Made by a program: the position numbers and the translations under genes | NCBI GenBank assembly: GCA_943359395.1 | Contig: CALRHH010000001.1 | Span: forward strand, 20,121 to 84,120 | DNA: 64,000 nucleotides | Direction of reading: 5' to 3' | Source of the DNA: Candidatus Nomurabacteria bacterium | GTDB taxonomy: Bacteria; Patescibacteriota; Minisyncoccia; Phycocordibacterales; UBA2100 | Part shown: positions 46,668 through 56,469 of the stretch, in pieces | How the letters are laid out: each line of letters begins with the position of its first letter | Numbering within the stretch: position 1 is the stretch's first letter | Notes under the pieces: model-generated | Database searches by the model: none | Seen by the model: only the letters and a program-made list of their open reading frames with translations | Told to the model about the DNA's origin: nothing

Positions 46668-47758
46668 GGCAGCGCATCGACAAACCCCTCGCCTTTCTCA
46701 TCGCGTCCCTCGTTTTGGGAGGCGCCATGATATTCGTATCGGCAGCTTTCGGCGTTCTCGGCCGCGGATTTTCGGGAATCACCTCTGTTGCATTCAGTCA
46801 TCTGGTGTTGGGGGTGGGAGGCGGATGTATCTTGCTCCTCATAACCCTTAATTTCAATTACCGTCACTGGCGAAAATTTGCACCCTATATCTTCGCACTC
46901 GCTCTTGTGGGCATGCTCCTTGTTTTCATTCCCAACCTCGGCTTTGCACATGGTGGGGGACAGCGATGGATTGTCATATTTGGCGTCTCATTTCAACCTT
47001 CTGAGTTCTTAAAGATTGCCGCCATTCTCATCGCGGCGGCGTATTATTCGACCATTCGCGCAAAAGTCGAAAGTTTTTTATGGGGTGTCGGCGGCCTCGT
47101 TGTCATACTTGCCGCGCCCATCGTTCTCCTCGTCATGCAACCAGATATCGGTACGCTTGGCATCATCTGTATCACCGTATTTGGCGTCTTCTTCGCCGCC
47201 GGTGCGCGTGTCCGCGATATCGCGATACTGCTGTGCATTGCTTTGCTCTCGCTCGGTATACTTGTGTACGAAAAGCCCCACGTGAGAGATCGTGTCCTCA
47301 CATTCTTTAACCCCGCCGAAAACCAGTTGGCGGAAGGGTACCAAATATCTCAATCTCTCATGGCGATAGGCTCAGGTCAGGTCTTCGGGCGCGGTTACGG
47401 CCAAAGCATCCAGAAATTCACATACCTGCCGGAGCCCATGGGGGATTCCGTATTTGCCGTAGCGGGGGAGGAGCTTGGATTCGTTGGTTCGACAGTCATC
47501 GTCCTCATGTTCTTAGCCCTTGCCTTACGCGGGTATGTAGTCGCTGCCCGTACAACAGACCTTTTCGGGGGACTGCTTGCGGTAGGAATCTCGACCTACT
47601 TGGCTGGAGAGGCATTTATCAACATTGCGGCGATGCTCGGCCTCGCACCGCTGACAGGGGTGCCTCTCACATTCGTGAGCCAAGGGGGAAGTGCGATGCT
47701 CATATCACTCGCAAGCGCAGGCATTTTGCTTAACATTTCCCGATCCCGCCGCGTATAA
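46664..47758 (+). CDS. ftsW: SEDS family peptidoglycan glycosyltransferase FtsW/RodA
   Basis: Ten predicted TM helices and conserved SEDS motifs (IGSGQVFGRGYGQS, SQGGSAML). Start overlaps the mraY stop (ATGA). The six-frame ORF begins earlier at 46568. Confidence 0.85.
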   Translation: MRQRIDKPLAFLIASLVLGGAMIFVSAAFGVLGRGFSGITSVAFSHLVLGVGGGCILLLITLNFNYRHWRKFAPYIFALALVGMLLVFIPNLGFAHGGGQRWIVIFGVSFQPSEFLKIAAILIAAAYYSTIRAKVESFLWGVGGLVVILAAPIVLLVMQPDIGTLGIICITVFGVFFAAGARVRDIAILLCIALLSLGILVYEKPHVRDRVLTFFNPAENQLAEGYQISQSLMAIGSGQVFGRGYGQSIQKFTYLPEPMGDSVFAVAGEELGFVGSTVIVLMFLALALRGYVVAARTTDLFGGLLAVGISTYLAGEAFINIAAMLGLAPLTGVPLTFVSQGGSAMLISLASAGILLNISRSRRV

Positions 47759-47798
47759 CTCTTTTTGTGATTGCGCAAGAGGACGATAGAATGGGGCG

Positions 47799-48941
47799 AT
47801 GCGTATCGTATTGGCCGGTGGTGGAACAGGCGGACATTTTTATCCGCTCATCGCGGTGGCAGAGGCCATTGAAGACGTGTGCCTGGAGCGCACCCTCATC
47901 GAACCTGACCTCTACTACATCGGCCCGCCAGCATTCGATGCCGAAGCGCTCCTTGAGCATGACATTACATATCTCCCAAGCACTGCGGGAAAAGTTCGCA
48001 GATACAGGAGCATTCTGAATGTGCTAAGCGTCTTTACCAACGGCATCGGCATCATACGATCTACCCTCCAACTCTTCCGCCTCTACCCCGATGCAGTTTT
48101 CTCGACTGGCGGATACGCAGCATTCCCGACGCTCTTTGCGGCACGACTCCTTCAAATCCCCGTGATAATTTATGATGCCGATGCGTCGCCGGGACGCGTC
48201 TCTCTCTGGTCATCAAAATTCGCGCAGTGGATAGCCGTTGCACATCCGACAGCCGCCGCGAAATTCCCTCCGAAAGTACGGGACAGAATCGCTGCAGTAG
48301 GGCATCCTGTCCGCAAAGAAATAATTCAGCCTTCGAAAGAGGGTGGGCACGAATTCCTCAAGCTTGATTCCTCAGTCCCTACGGTATTCGTGATGGGTGG
48401 CTCTCAAGGCGCACGCTCTATCAACGAAGTCATTCTCGATGCGCTTCCTTTACTCCTTTCGGAATTCAACGTCGTACACCAAGTCGGTGCGGCAAACCTC
48501 ACAGAGATCAGCGGTATTACCTCAGTGATTCTCAAAAACTCCCGTTATGCAGAACGCTACAAGATTTTTGGACTTCTTAATACCCTTGCGCTGCGCATGG
48601 CCGCTGGTATCACAACGGTAATCGTAGCCCGTGCGGGCTCGGGCACTATCTTTGAGATAGCCAACTGGGGACTACCGTCAATACTCGTCCCGATACCCGA
48701 GGACGTCTCTCACGACCAGACCGAGAATGCATTCTCTTATGCCCGCTCAGGCGCGGCTGTCGTCATAGAACAGCGCAACCTCTCGCCTCACCTTCTCCTC
48801 GCCGAAATTCAGCGCGTAGTCGGAGATTCGGCTTTGCGTTCGAAAATGTCCGAAGCTGCACGGACATTCGCACGCCCCGATGCGGCACGGAAGATTGCAC
48901 TCTCACTCCTTGAGACCGCTATCGAGCATGAACCCGTATGA
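47799..48941 (+). CDS. murG: UDP-N-acetylglucosamine--N-acetylmuramyl-(pentapeptide) pyrophosphoryl-undecaprenol N-acetylglucosamine transferase
   Basis: MRIVLAGGGTGGHFYPLIAV N-terminus and the C-terminal GT-B domain (GGSQGARSIN). Confidence 0.9.
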   Translation: MRIVLAGGGTGGHFYPLIAVAEAIEDVCLERTLIEPDLYYIGPPAFDAEALLEHDITYLPSTAGKVRRYRSILNVLSVFTNGIGIIRSTLQLFRLYPDAVFSTGGYAAFPTLFAARLLQIPVIIYDADASPGRVSLWSSKFAQWIAVAHPTAAAKFPPKVRDRIAAVGHPVRKEIIQPSKEGGHEFLKLDSSVPTVFVMGGSQGARSINEVILDALPLLLSEFNVVHQVGAANLTEISGITSVILKNSRYAERYKIFGLLNTLALRMAAGITTVIVARAGSGTIFEIANWGLPSILVPIPEDVSHDQTENAFSYARSGAAVVIEQRNLSPHLLLAEIQRVVGDSALRSKMSEAARTFARPDAARKIALSLLETAIEHEPV

Positions 48942-49038
48942 CCCCATGAGAGAATGGATCATTTATGTTCAATATATCTACATCACCGCAATCATTACAA
49001 ACTTCGCTGATTCATTTGGCGTTTCTCTCTCACGGGGT

Positions 49039-50388
49039 ATGAACATTCGCGTACGATTTCCTCCGAGCCCAACGGGATTTTGTCATGTCGGCACCGCTCG
49101 AATGGCAATTCTCAATTACCTGTTTGCGAAGAAGCACGGTGGCATTATCGTTTTCCGCAGCGAAGACACCGATAAGGAGCGGAGCACCAAGGAATTTGAA
49201 GCCGATATTATCGACAACCTCACCTGGCTTGGAATTTCGTGGGACGAATTTTACCGTCAATCCGAACGCACAGAAATATACCGCGCCGCGATTCACACAC
49301 TTATTGTCCAAGGAAAAGCATACGTATCCGAAGAAGAGAGCAAGAAGGAAGCCGGCGTCATGGTAAAAATAATTCGCCTCAAGAACCCAGGGACGACGAT
49401 TACGTTTACTGACGCGATACGCGGAGATATTACCTTTGATACGACGGAGCTTGGAGATTTTGCAATTGCACGTGCGGAAGATGACCCGCTCTATCACCTC
49501 GCCGTAGTCGTAGACGACGCCGACATGAGAATCACGCACGTCATCCGCGGAGAAGACCACATATCGAATACTCCGCGACAAATCCTTATCCAAGAAGCTC
49601 TCGGACTCCCACGCCCTCTCTATGCACACTACCCGCTGCACCTAGCAGCCGACAGGTCCAAGCTCTCCAAGCGAAAGGGTGATGTGGCAGTGCGTTCGTA
49701 CAGAGAGAAAGGCTATCTCGCACCCGCACTCCTCAATTACCTTGCGACACTCGGCTGGACAGCTCCGTCTGGAAAAGAGATTCTCTCCCTTGATGAAATG
49801 ATAGGGGAGTTTGAGCTTGCCGACGTCCACAAAAACGGAGCGGTTTTTGATATTGAGAAATTGAATTGGTTCAACCGCCACTATCTCCAAGCTCTCCCGC
49901 TCCGCGACTTTGCACTGGAATCAGACAAGATACTACAGACGTCTCTCCATGCACGGGGTGTTGCGTGGAATGAGCGAATAGCGACGTCCCTCGCTCCGCT
50001 CATACGCGAGCGTATAGCCGTGTGGGAGGAGCTCCGGACTTTTGCTGATGCCGGAGAGTTTGATTTCTTTTTTGCGGAACCAAAACTTGAGCCTACATAT
50101 ATCGCTCAAAAGAAAGTAAGTACGGAGGATACCGTGCGTCATCTGCAGAGTGTGAAGAAATTACTTTCTGATGCTCCCGAAGGGGCTTACAACGACACCG
50201 AAAACATCAAAGCGCTCGTCTGGGAGTATGCAAGCCGTGAAGGGCGTGGGGCGGTACTCTGGCCTCTTCGGTACGCACTTACAGGACAAGAGCGCAGCCC
50301 CGACCCATTTGAAGTCATTCACCTCATCGGCAAGGAGGCGAGTCTCAGGCGCATTGGTACTGCACTCGCTCTGCTTTCACATATATGA
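49039..50388 (+). CDS. gltX: glutamyl-tRNA synthetase
   Basis: MNIRVRFPPSPTGFCHVGTAR carries the HIGH-class motif and KLSKR stands in for KMSKS. A single arm of the TCTCACGGGGTAT motif abuts the start codon. The six-frame ORF starts upstream at 48880. Confidence 0.9.
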   Translation: MNIRVRFPPSPTGFCHVGTARMAILNYLFAKKHGGIIVFRSEDTDKERSTKEFEADIIDNLTWLGISWDEFYRQSERTEIYRAAIHTLIVQGKAYVSEEESKKEAGVMVKIIRLKNPGTTITFTDAIRGDITFDTTELGDFAIARAEDDPLYHLAVVVDDADMRITHVIRGEDHISNTPRQILIQEALGLPRPLYAHYPLHLAADRSKLSKRKGDVAVRSYREKGYLAPALLNYLATLGWTAPSGKEILSLDEMIGEFELADVHKNGAVFDIEKLNWFNRHYLQALPLRDFALESDKILQTSLHARGVAWNERIATSLAPLIRERIAVWEELRTFADAGEFDFFFAEPKLEPTYIAQKKVSTEDTVRHLQSVKKLLSDAPEGAYNDTENIKALVWEYASREGRGAVLWPLRYALTGQERSPDPFEVIHLIGKEASLRRIGTALALLSHI

Positions 50389-51683
50389 ACATACGTCTGA
50401 GAAAAGCAACCACGATAGTGGCTAGCGCTATTTTGTGTATCTTTGCCGTCTCACCGTTTATATCTCACGCACAGAGCACCCCGTCGGAGGTGCAGGCGCT
50501 CATCGACGCCCAGAATTCGCAAATTGCCCAGCTGGATAAGGAGATCGCCGAGTACGAAAAGCAACTGAACGCGGTAGGCACTCAAAAGAAAACTCTTCAA
50601 AACACCCTCGCAGAAATCAACCTTTCACTCAAAAAGGCCGCCGCCTCAGTGGCGGCATCGAAGAGCAAGATAAATGCGACTCAATTGCAGATTCAGCAGC
50701 TCGCGCGTGGCATAGCGGTGAAGCAAGATTCCATCGATGTTGAGGCCGCAGGTCTTGCACAATCGTTCCGTAAGATGAATGAGTCCGATGCATCGTCGCT
50801 TGCCATACAAATTTTCGCTTCCGACGATATTGCCGCTGTATGGCATGACCTTGATTCACATGCGACTCTCCGTGAAGCAATCACCGAGCAGGTGGAGAAA
50901 CTATCAACCGAGAAGCAATCCCTTGCTGATGTAAAGAAGAACACCGAGCAGAAGAGGGCTGAACTGCTTGCGGAGCAAAAGAACCTCCTCGCGCAGCAAA
51001 GCTCGCTCAGTGCGGCGAAAAAGGCGCAGAGTGACCTCCTTACCGAAACGAAATCGCAGGAGTCGACGTACCAAAAAATATTGACGCAGAAAATCGCAGG
51101 AAAAGCGGCGTCTGAGGCGGAGCTGAATAACCTTAAAGCGCAGTACCTACAGGCGGTTGACCCGTCTCAAATTCCGACAGCCAAGAAAGGCATCTTCCAG
51201 TGGCCACTCGATAAGTTTCGCATAACCCAGACCTTCGGACAGTCTGAATTCGCCCTCAGTGGCGCGTACAACGGAAAGGGCCATAACGGCATTGACTTGG
51301 GCGCACCGACGGGCGCGCCCGTCAAAGCCGCTCTATCCGGCATTGTTATCGGGACGGGAAACACAGACGCTTACAAGGGTTGCTACTCAGCGGGAAAATG
51401 GATAATGATAAAGCATACAAACGGCCTCTCGACGATGTACGGACACCTCTCGGTCATAGGCGTAAGCACGGGCCAAGCGGTCGCGACAGGACAGATAATC
51501 GGCAACGTTGGGGCTACGGGCTATGCGACGGGACCTCATCTCCACATTAGCGTGTATGTGACCTCCGTGACCAAAATCATCACTTTCCAAGAGGCGACAG
51601 GGCGGGTATCCGCTTGTGCGAAAGCGCTGATTCCAATCACTCCTCCCGCAGGATTCCTCAACCCTCTCGCGTACCTGCCTTAA
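50385..51683 (+). CDS. M23 family metallopeptidase with an N-terminal coiled coil (EnvC/NlpD-like murein endopeptidase)
   Basis: Signal peptide, about 250 aa of coiled coil, then an M23 domain (HNGIDLGAPTGAPV, GATGYATGPHLHISV). Confidence 0.8.
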   Translation: MNIRLRKATTIVASAILCIFAVSPFISHAQSTPSEVQALIDAQNSQIAQLDKEIAEYEKQLNAVGTQKKTLQNTLAEINLSLKKAAASVAASKSKINATQLQIQQLARGIAVKQDSIDVEAAGLAQSFRKMNESDASSLAIQIFASDDIAAVWHDLDSHATLREAITEQVEKLSTEKQSLADVKKNTEQKRAELLAEQKNLLAQQSSLSAAKKAQSDLLTETKSQESTYQKILTQKIAGKAASEAELNNLKAQYLQAVDPSQIPTAKKGIFQWPLDKFRITQTFGQSEFALSGAYNGKGHNGIDLGAPTGAPVKAALSGIVIGTGNTDAYKGCYSAGKWIMIKHTNGLSTMYGHLSVIGVSTGQAVATGQIIGNVGATGYATGPHLHISVYVTSVTKIITFQEATGRVSACAKALIPITPPAGFLNPLAYLP

Positions 51684-52312
51684 TATTTTTTCCACTCTTC
51701 GAGATCAAGTGCTTTCATCTCAATCTTTGACGCCTTGCGGAGTGTCTTCAGGTTTTTCTTTGGTGCGATAGGGAAGTGACGGGCGCTATCGAGCGCCTCG
51801 ACGAGCCAGTGCAAATCTTCGTCCGCCGTGAGCCATCGCTCAGGGGCAAGCCGCGTGAGGTCAATCGGATTTGAATATTCCCGCAGGGATTTTCTGGCAT
51901 TTAATTCTATGTACTCATGGAAATACGACATCGCGAGCTCGCGAGGGGAGCGGTAGACGGCGTCGCGGTAGCGGAGAATGACGTGATTCGTTTTGCTGAT
52001 TGCACCCCAGAGTCCGTTGACCTGAAATAATGTAATCACGTGGTCTTCGTACGCCGCAGCGGTCCGCAAATCCATGAGGAGCGGCTTCTCGCCGTGGTAT
52101 GCAAACGCTGCTGCGGCAAAGACGGCCGCTTCGAAACAATGCGCGGTTTTCGCTTTAATCATGCGGCGCGGCGACATGTACGTCTCTCCGCCATGCTCGT
52201 AATTTATCGGAATCGTATCGAGATAATCCTGTATCTTTTGTGGTGTCGAAAGTTTTTGAAAAATCTTGCGTTCGGAAGGGGAGAGGTGTGCTTTTATCTT
52301 ATCGGCGTACAT
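51680..52312 (-). CDS. hypothetical protein (210 aa), possibly a papain-like or transglutaminase-like fold
   Basis: Conserved Cys (TAHCFEAAVF) and downstream His/Asp residues hint at a thiol-enzyme fold, but this is speculative. No clear family assignment. Confidence 0.35.
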   Translation of the reverse strand: MYADKIKAHLSPSERKIFQKLSTPQKIQDYLDTIPINYEHGGETYMSPRRMIKAKTAHCFEAAVFAAAAFAYHGEKPLLMDLRTAAAYEDHVITLFQVNGLWGAISKTNHVILRYRDAVYRSPRELAMSYFHEYIELNARKSLREYSNPIDLTRLAPERWLTADEDLHWLVEALDSARHFPIAPKKNLKTLRKASKIEMKALDLEEWKKY

Positions 52313-52888
52313 ATGCAGAAGTATAGTCCAGAAAAAACAGAGGCTCGGTTTCCTGAGCTTTGTCGCTTTCGTTGCCCACTTAAGGGTAAGGGTGGACTTT
52401 TTTGAGGTCCGACTCCCCCGGATTTCGCGGTTTTTTGGTGTAGGGGAGTCAGGTCAACAGAAAGCTTGACTAGATTGGGAAAACGGGTGGCCCGAGGCTT
52501 GGGGAAGACTCGGCAAACAAACCTCCACCAGAGGCGCTTTTGACCTCTTATACGCCTCTAGGAGACATGGGAGCGGACTGAGTCGAGGCTTTGCTCGCGG
52601 CAGGATGCGGAGTCTAGGCGGGCGCTTTATTTGTATCTAGCCATACGTCGCAAAACAAACATTGTGCGACGTCCCCGTATTAGAACATAAGTCCGCATTA
52701 GACCACTACCCTGTCAATACCCGCTTCACTCCATGTACTGACAATTATTTATTGCTGGCGGCGTTTCCTCCCTAGCGTTGCCGATTCAACCATTACTGCG
52801 GGATCGGATCGGAATCACTGGTTGTGCCAATTAATGATGAATGGCAGGGGGAATGCCTTTCATCACTCTCTCCCCTGTTTTGATGATA
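52313..52888. other. about 575-nt region lacking any ORF of 60 codons or more that does not overlap a flanking gene; possible structured ncRNA or degenerate sequence
   Basis: It is unusually long for this dense window. It contains a long-range inverted repeat (GAGGTC...GACCTC spanning about 150 nt), a GTCGCA...TGCGAC hairpin and a weak SRP-RNA-like CAGGTC...AAGC segment. No tRNA, tmRNA or RNase P signature was found by eye. Confidence 0.3.
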
Positions 52889-53383
52889 TCACCACTTTCC
52901 GGCTTCGTGTCGCAGCCCATTTCGATACGCCTCAATGCGTCGACGGTTTGACGGCGAAATCTCTTCGGGAAGACTGTCGATGAGAAACCATCTTCGCGCC
53001 ATAATCTCAATATTCGTGGTGAGCGAGAGCGAGCCTTGGAAGTCGTTCGCATAGTAGACTGTTACCATATCCCCTCTTCCCCAAGTTCCCACGTATGTTC
53101 CAACCTCGCCGCCAAGCGATTTTATAATTAATCCTGTTTCTTCTTTCGTCTCGCGAATCGCTGCGTCTTCCGGAGATTCTTTTTTATTCACGCCTCCGCC
53201 CGGCAAAGTCCACGTCCACGGGGCGTACCAATGGGAGACGAGGAGGACATGCCCATCTTTAATAAGGATTACGCGTACGCCCTGAATGCTACTCTTTCGG
53301 AAATCTGTCCAGTATCGTAGCGCGTGTACTGCAGACATAACCGAGAGCGAAAGGTACATCCCGACTCTCCGGACGGTACGCAT
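52889..53383 (-). CDS. NUDIX hydrolase
   Basis: Perfect Nudix box GGGVNKKESPEDAAIRETKEETGL (Gx5Ex7REUxEExGU). The six-frame ORF extends to 53512, overlapping the upstream exonuclease gene; the internal ATG at 53383 is preferred. Confidence 0.7.
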   Translation of the reverse strand: MRTVRRVGMYLSLSVMSAVHALRYWTDFRKSSIQGVRVILIKDGHVLLVSHWYAPWTWTLPGGGVNKKESPEDAAIRETKEETGLIIKSLGGEVGTYVGTWGRGDMVTVYYANDFQGSLSLTTNIEIMARRWFLIDSLPEEISPSNRRRIEAYRNGLRHEAGKW

Positions 53384-53402
53384 ACTACTTGAGGTGAAAG
53401 AC

Positions 53403-53999
53403 CTAGGCCTTTTTCCAGGGTATTTCGAATTGCATGAACTCAGGCAAAAGCTTGCGTCCGTATAGAAGTCGCGCGATGACCTCCGCATGCGACAGAGCTC
53501 CCGTGAGTGCATTGTGCGGCGATGGCTCCTCAGGTATGCCGCAATAATTGAGCACAGCGTCGAGATTGAGCGCCGAACGGCGATATTTGACCGGTGGCTG
53601 CAGTCCTTTGTGCACCATATGCATGAAGCACATCGTGTGCGTGTCGAGGGTGCGATGCGCGAAAGGCCAATTCGTGTGCCCCGCCCGCTCTGCGGCTTCT
53701 TTCAAGAAATCGCGGTCGAAAGACACGTTCTGTCCTGCGAATGTCCTCTCCTCTACACTCTCGCTCCATTCAAGAAAAGCGTGTGTGAGGTCTGCTTCGG
53801 AAGGTTTGGAAGCGTCGGTCACCTGCTCTCTCGTAAAGCCGTTGACTGCGAGAGCTTCGTCCATTATGTGTGCACCCTCCCACGCGCGGCACTCCATGTA
53901 GAAACGGTTCGTGGGATTGGCGAGGTCAAGTGCGCCCAAGCTGACTATAGAGTGTTTCTTGGGCTCCACGCCCGTTGCTTCGACATCGAGGACAATCAT
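53403..53999 (-). CDS. DEDD-family 3'-5' exonuclease (DnaQ/oligoribonuclease-like)
   Basis: Exo I motif MIVLDVEATG, an Exo II-like FAGQNVSFDRDFL and an Exo III-like HNALTGALSHAEV. The start MIVLDVE is taken at 53999; the six-frame ORF extends to 54092. Confidence 0.65.
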   Translation of the reverse strand: MIVLDVEATGVEPKKHSIVSLGALDLANPTNRFYMECRAWEGAHIMDEALAVNGFTREQVTDASKPSEADLTHAFLEWSESVEERTFAGQNVSFDRDFLKEAAERAGHTNWPFAHRTLDTHTMCFMHMVHKGLQPPVKYRRSALNLDAVLNYCGIPEEPSPHNALTGALSHAEVIARLLYGRKLLPEFMQFEIPWKKA

Positions 54000-54018
54000 G
54001 GCTTTATTGTAGCCTGAA

Positions 54019-54399
54019 TTACTGCGGAGCCAAACCTTTGCAATTTTTGGCGGGAGCGTATCCCGCTCTTTTGGCCGCAGCCTCGGTTTCAAACCACACC
54101 GTATTCGTTGCCTTTATTTTGCTCGCGCTCGTGCACCAGGGATAGTAGTAGACGCTCCCGCTTCTCGCGGCCACGAAGAGACCGCCGAGCGCCATTGCCC
54201 GCGGCGAGGTATCCCTGGGCGCTTCCCTAATGGATACGGGCGGCCTTACCTCTTCGAGAATGGAGAGCCTTCCGAGACCAAACGACGCTAAAGCCACAAG
54301 AAATATGATAGCCGCTATGCCCCATTCGGCCATCCATCCCTCTCCCGCATTCTTGCCTGTTTGCTTGATTTTTTGACTCCATTCGTGTATATTCTGCAT
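54019..54399 (-). CDS. hypothetical membrane-anchored small protein with a conserved C-terminal YYYPWC...WFETEAAAKRAGYAPAKNC motif
   Basis: One TM helix (WGIAAIIFLVALASFGLG). The C-terminal Cys-containing motif looks like a small metal-binding module. First gene of a minus-strand three-gene unit with the exonuclease and Nudix genes. Confidence 0.4.
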   Translation of the reverse strand: MQNIHEWSQKIKQTGKNAGEGWMAEWGIAAIIFLVALASFGLGRLSILEEVRPPVSIREAPRDTSPRAMALGGLFVAARSGSVYYYPWCTSASKIKATNTVWFETEAAAKRAGYAPAKNCKGLAPQ

Positions 54400-54426
54400 G
54401 TTAGTTAATCATACAACGATACCACC

Positions 54427-54699
54427 ATGGCACATGTAAAAGCGGGCGGAACAGCCCATAACCTAACAGATTCGAATCCAAAATACCTTGGCGTTAAGCG
54501 CGCGGACGGCCAAAAGGTCACCGTCGGCGAGATAATCGTACGCCAGCGAGGCACAGCCATTATGGCAGGCAAAAATATCGGTGTCGGCGTAGACCACACA
54601 CTTTTCGCACGTACTGCAGGTACTGTGCACTTCCGCTCCAAGCGCAAAACAAACTTCGACGGTCGCAGCGTCCGCCGCCGCATCGTTGACGTGATTTAG
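54427..54699 (+). CDS. rpmA: 50S ribosomal protein L27
   Basis: [31 protein letters not shown] matches the L27 N-terminus. Confidence 0.9.
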   Translation: MAHVKAGGTAHNLTDSNPKYLGVKRADGQKVTVGEIIVRQRGTAIMAGKNIGVGVDHTLFARTAGTVHFRSKRKTNFDGRSVRRRIVDVI

Positions 54700-55142
54700 G
54701 AACTCGCGAGTATCGCAAGAGTCATCTCCACCTTTATCGCCCCGAAAGCGATAGGTATCACGTGTTCCCCCACCTCCTTGATAGGCTTCGCGAGTGTAAT
54801 CGTCTCGAGTGGAATGCTTATCTTCCGTTGCTCATGAACCGCTCGTACGATATCTGCCACTGTAATCGATTTAAATAGCCCGCCCTTTTCCGTAGCTTTT
54901 GCGGAGATTTCGACTCGTCCACCCTTCAAGCCGTGCACTGCATTAGCAATCATTTTGTTCTGCTGCTCCTTCGCCTCCCCTTCCCTCTTTTGCGCTGCGA
55001 GGTGTGCCGCCACTTTGTCGGGAGTCGCTTGCATCGCAAGTTTGCGCGGAATTAAGAAATTGAGCGCATAACCATCAGACACCTCTTTCATGGTTCCATG
55101 CTGCCCAACCTTCGCGACGTCTTTAAGGAAAATGACTTTCAT
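54696..55142 (-). CDS. rplI: 50S ribosomal protein L9
   Basis: [36 protein letters not shown] matches the L9 N-domain. Convergent with rpmA, with a 4-nt overlap. Confidence 0.9.
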   Translation of the reverse strand: MKVIFLKDVAKVGQHGTMKEVSDGYALNFLIPRKLAMQATPDKVAAHLAAQKREGEAKEQQNKMIANAVHGLKGGRVEISAKATEKGGLFKSITVADIVRAVHEQRKISIPLETITLAKPIKEVGEHVIPIAFGAIKVEMTLAILASS

Positions 55143-55144
55143 AT

Positions 55145-56413
55145 CTACATTGCCAATAGTATCTCGACAGCCTTATCCATCTGAGGGTCCTTGCCTGCTT
55201 TTATTTCCTCGTCAGTTATCTTCACTTCGACGTCGGGCGTTATCCCCTCTTGTGGGATGTGTACGCCGTTGGGAGCAAGCCATCGCGCAACTGTGATTTT
55301 GAGTGCCGTATCGGGAGTAATCTCAACGAGTTCTTGCACAGAGCCCTTGCCGAAAGTATTAGTACCCACGAGCTTTGCCACGCCGTGGTCGTGGAGAGCG
55401 TCGGCGAGAATCTCGGACGCTGACGCCGATCCTCGGTCAACAAGTATCACCATCTTCAAATTACTGTTGAATATGTTGTACCCGAGCGAACGATGCACTA
55501 CGTTTGGCGCATGCCCCGCGTAGTCCTCCGTAACGACAATTTTACCCAGCGGCAAAAACCAACTCGCCATATCTACCGCAGCTCCCAAATATCCCCCTGG
55601 ATTGCCCCGTAAATCAAGGACGAGTCTTGTATCCCCAGACAGAACAAACTGACGGAGGGCGTTGCGGAAAAGGTCCGGTGAGGAAGAAGTGAAGGTGGAC
55701 ACCGCGATGACGTACACACCGTCCGGGCGCGCAGTTGGCGTAACCACGGGAACGTTGATGACTTCGCGTATGACTTTTATTTCCCGGGATTCAGCCCAGC
55801 CTTCTCGTATGACCTCAAAAGCGACCGCCGTACCCTTTGGTCCACGAATCTTTTTTACAGCTTGGGTGACATCCAATCCTTGAGTGGTTGCGCCATCAAT
55901 CTTAAGAATACGGTCGCCGCTTTTCATTCCCGCCCTCTCTGCGGGAGTTCCCTTCAAAGGAGAGACGACCGTCAGCACCTGATCCCGTACCGCGATTTCC
56001 ATACCGACACCCTCGAAGCTTCCGCTCATCTCGGTAGCGAATTGCTCGTTTTCGGTGGGCGGCAAGAAGAATGTATACGGGTCATCGAGCGAGGCTGCCA
56101 AGCCTTGAATCATGCCCCAGACGCGTTCCTGACTTCCGCTTGAGCTTGAACTTGAACTTGTTGCGACGGGAGTGGAGCTCGCGACCGACACGGGCACGAA
56201 TTTTTCATCTATAACACTCCACGCTTTCCAGACGGGAGAAAAGTCTACACCGGGGGGCGGCGCAGTATTGAGAGAGAGGGCGGCTGCCGCTTGCATACCT
56301 GCCCTATCCCCGCCCACCAAAAATCCTCCCCCAAATGCGGCTGCCGCAATGAGGAGACCCGCTACAATTGCATATGAAAGAGAGAGACTGCGTCCGTCGC
56401 TCGTATCGTGCAT
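55145..56413 (-). CDS. ctpA: carboxy-terminal processing protease (peptidase S41, Ctp/Prc family)
   Basis: PDZ domain (GMEIAVRDQVLTVVSPLKGTPAERAGMKSGDRILKIDG) and an S41 catalytic region (GNPGGYL, TFGKGSVQ with the Ser/Lys dyad). Confidence 0.85.
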   Translation of the reverse strand: MHDTSDGRSLSLSYAIVAGLLIAAAAFGGGFLVGGDRAGMQAAAALSLNTAPPPGVDFSPVWKAWSVIDEKFVPVSVASSTPVATSSSSSSSGSQERVWGMIQGLAASLDDPYTFFLPPTENEQFATEMSGSFEGVGMEIAVRDQVLTVVSPLKGTPAERAGMKSGDRILKIDGATTQGLDVTQAVKKIRGPKGTAVAFEVIREGWAESREIKVIREVINVPVVTPTARPDGVYVIAVSTFTSSSPDLFRNALRQFVLSGDTRLVLDLRGNPGGYLGAAVDMASWFLPLGKIVVTEDYAGHAPNVVHRSLGYNIFNSNLKMVILVDRGSASASEILADALHDHGVAKLVGTNTFGKGSVQELVEITPDTALKITVARWLAPNGVHIPQEGITPDVEVKITDEEIKAGKDPQMDKAVEILLAM

Positions 56414-56469
56414 AGAGGCAAGTATCTCACGGCGGCGGGCTGGCGCAAAATTAGATGTATAATTGAACC

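Noticed and set aside
52313-52888. Possible tmRNA, RNase P RNA or tRNA in the long ORF-free region.
   Set aside because: I saw a CCTCCACCA-like 3' end and an AAGTCCG P4-like word. But there is no adjacent T-arm (GTTCRANYC), no tag-peptide reading frame, and the RNase P conserved blocks are not at the right spacing. I report the region only as a candidate ncRNA of unknown type.
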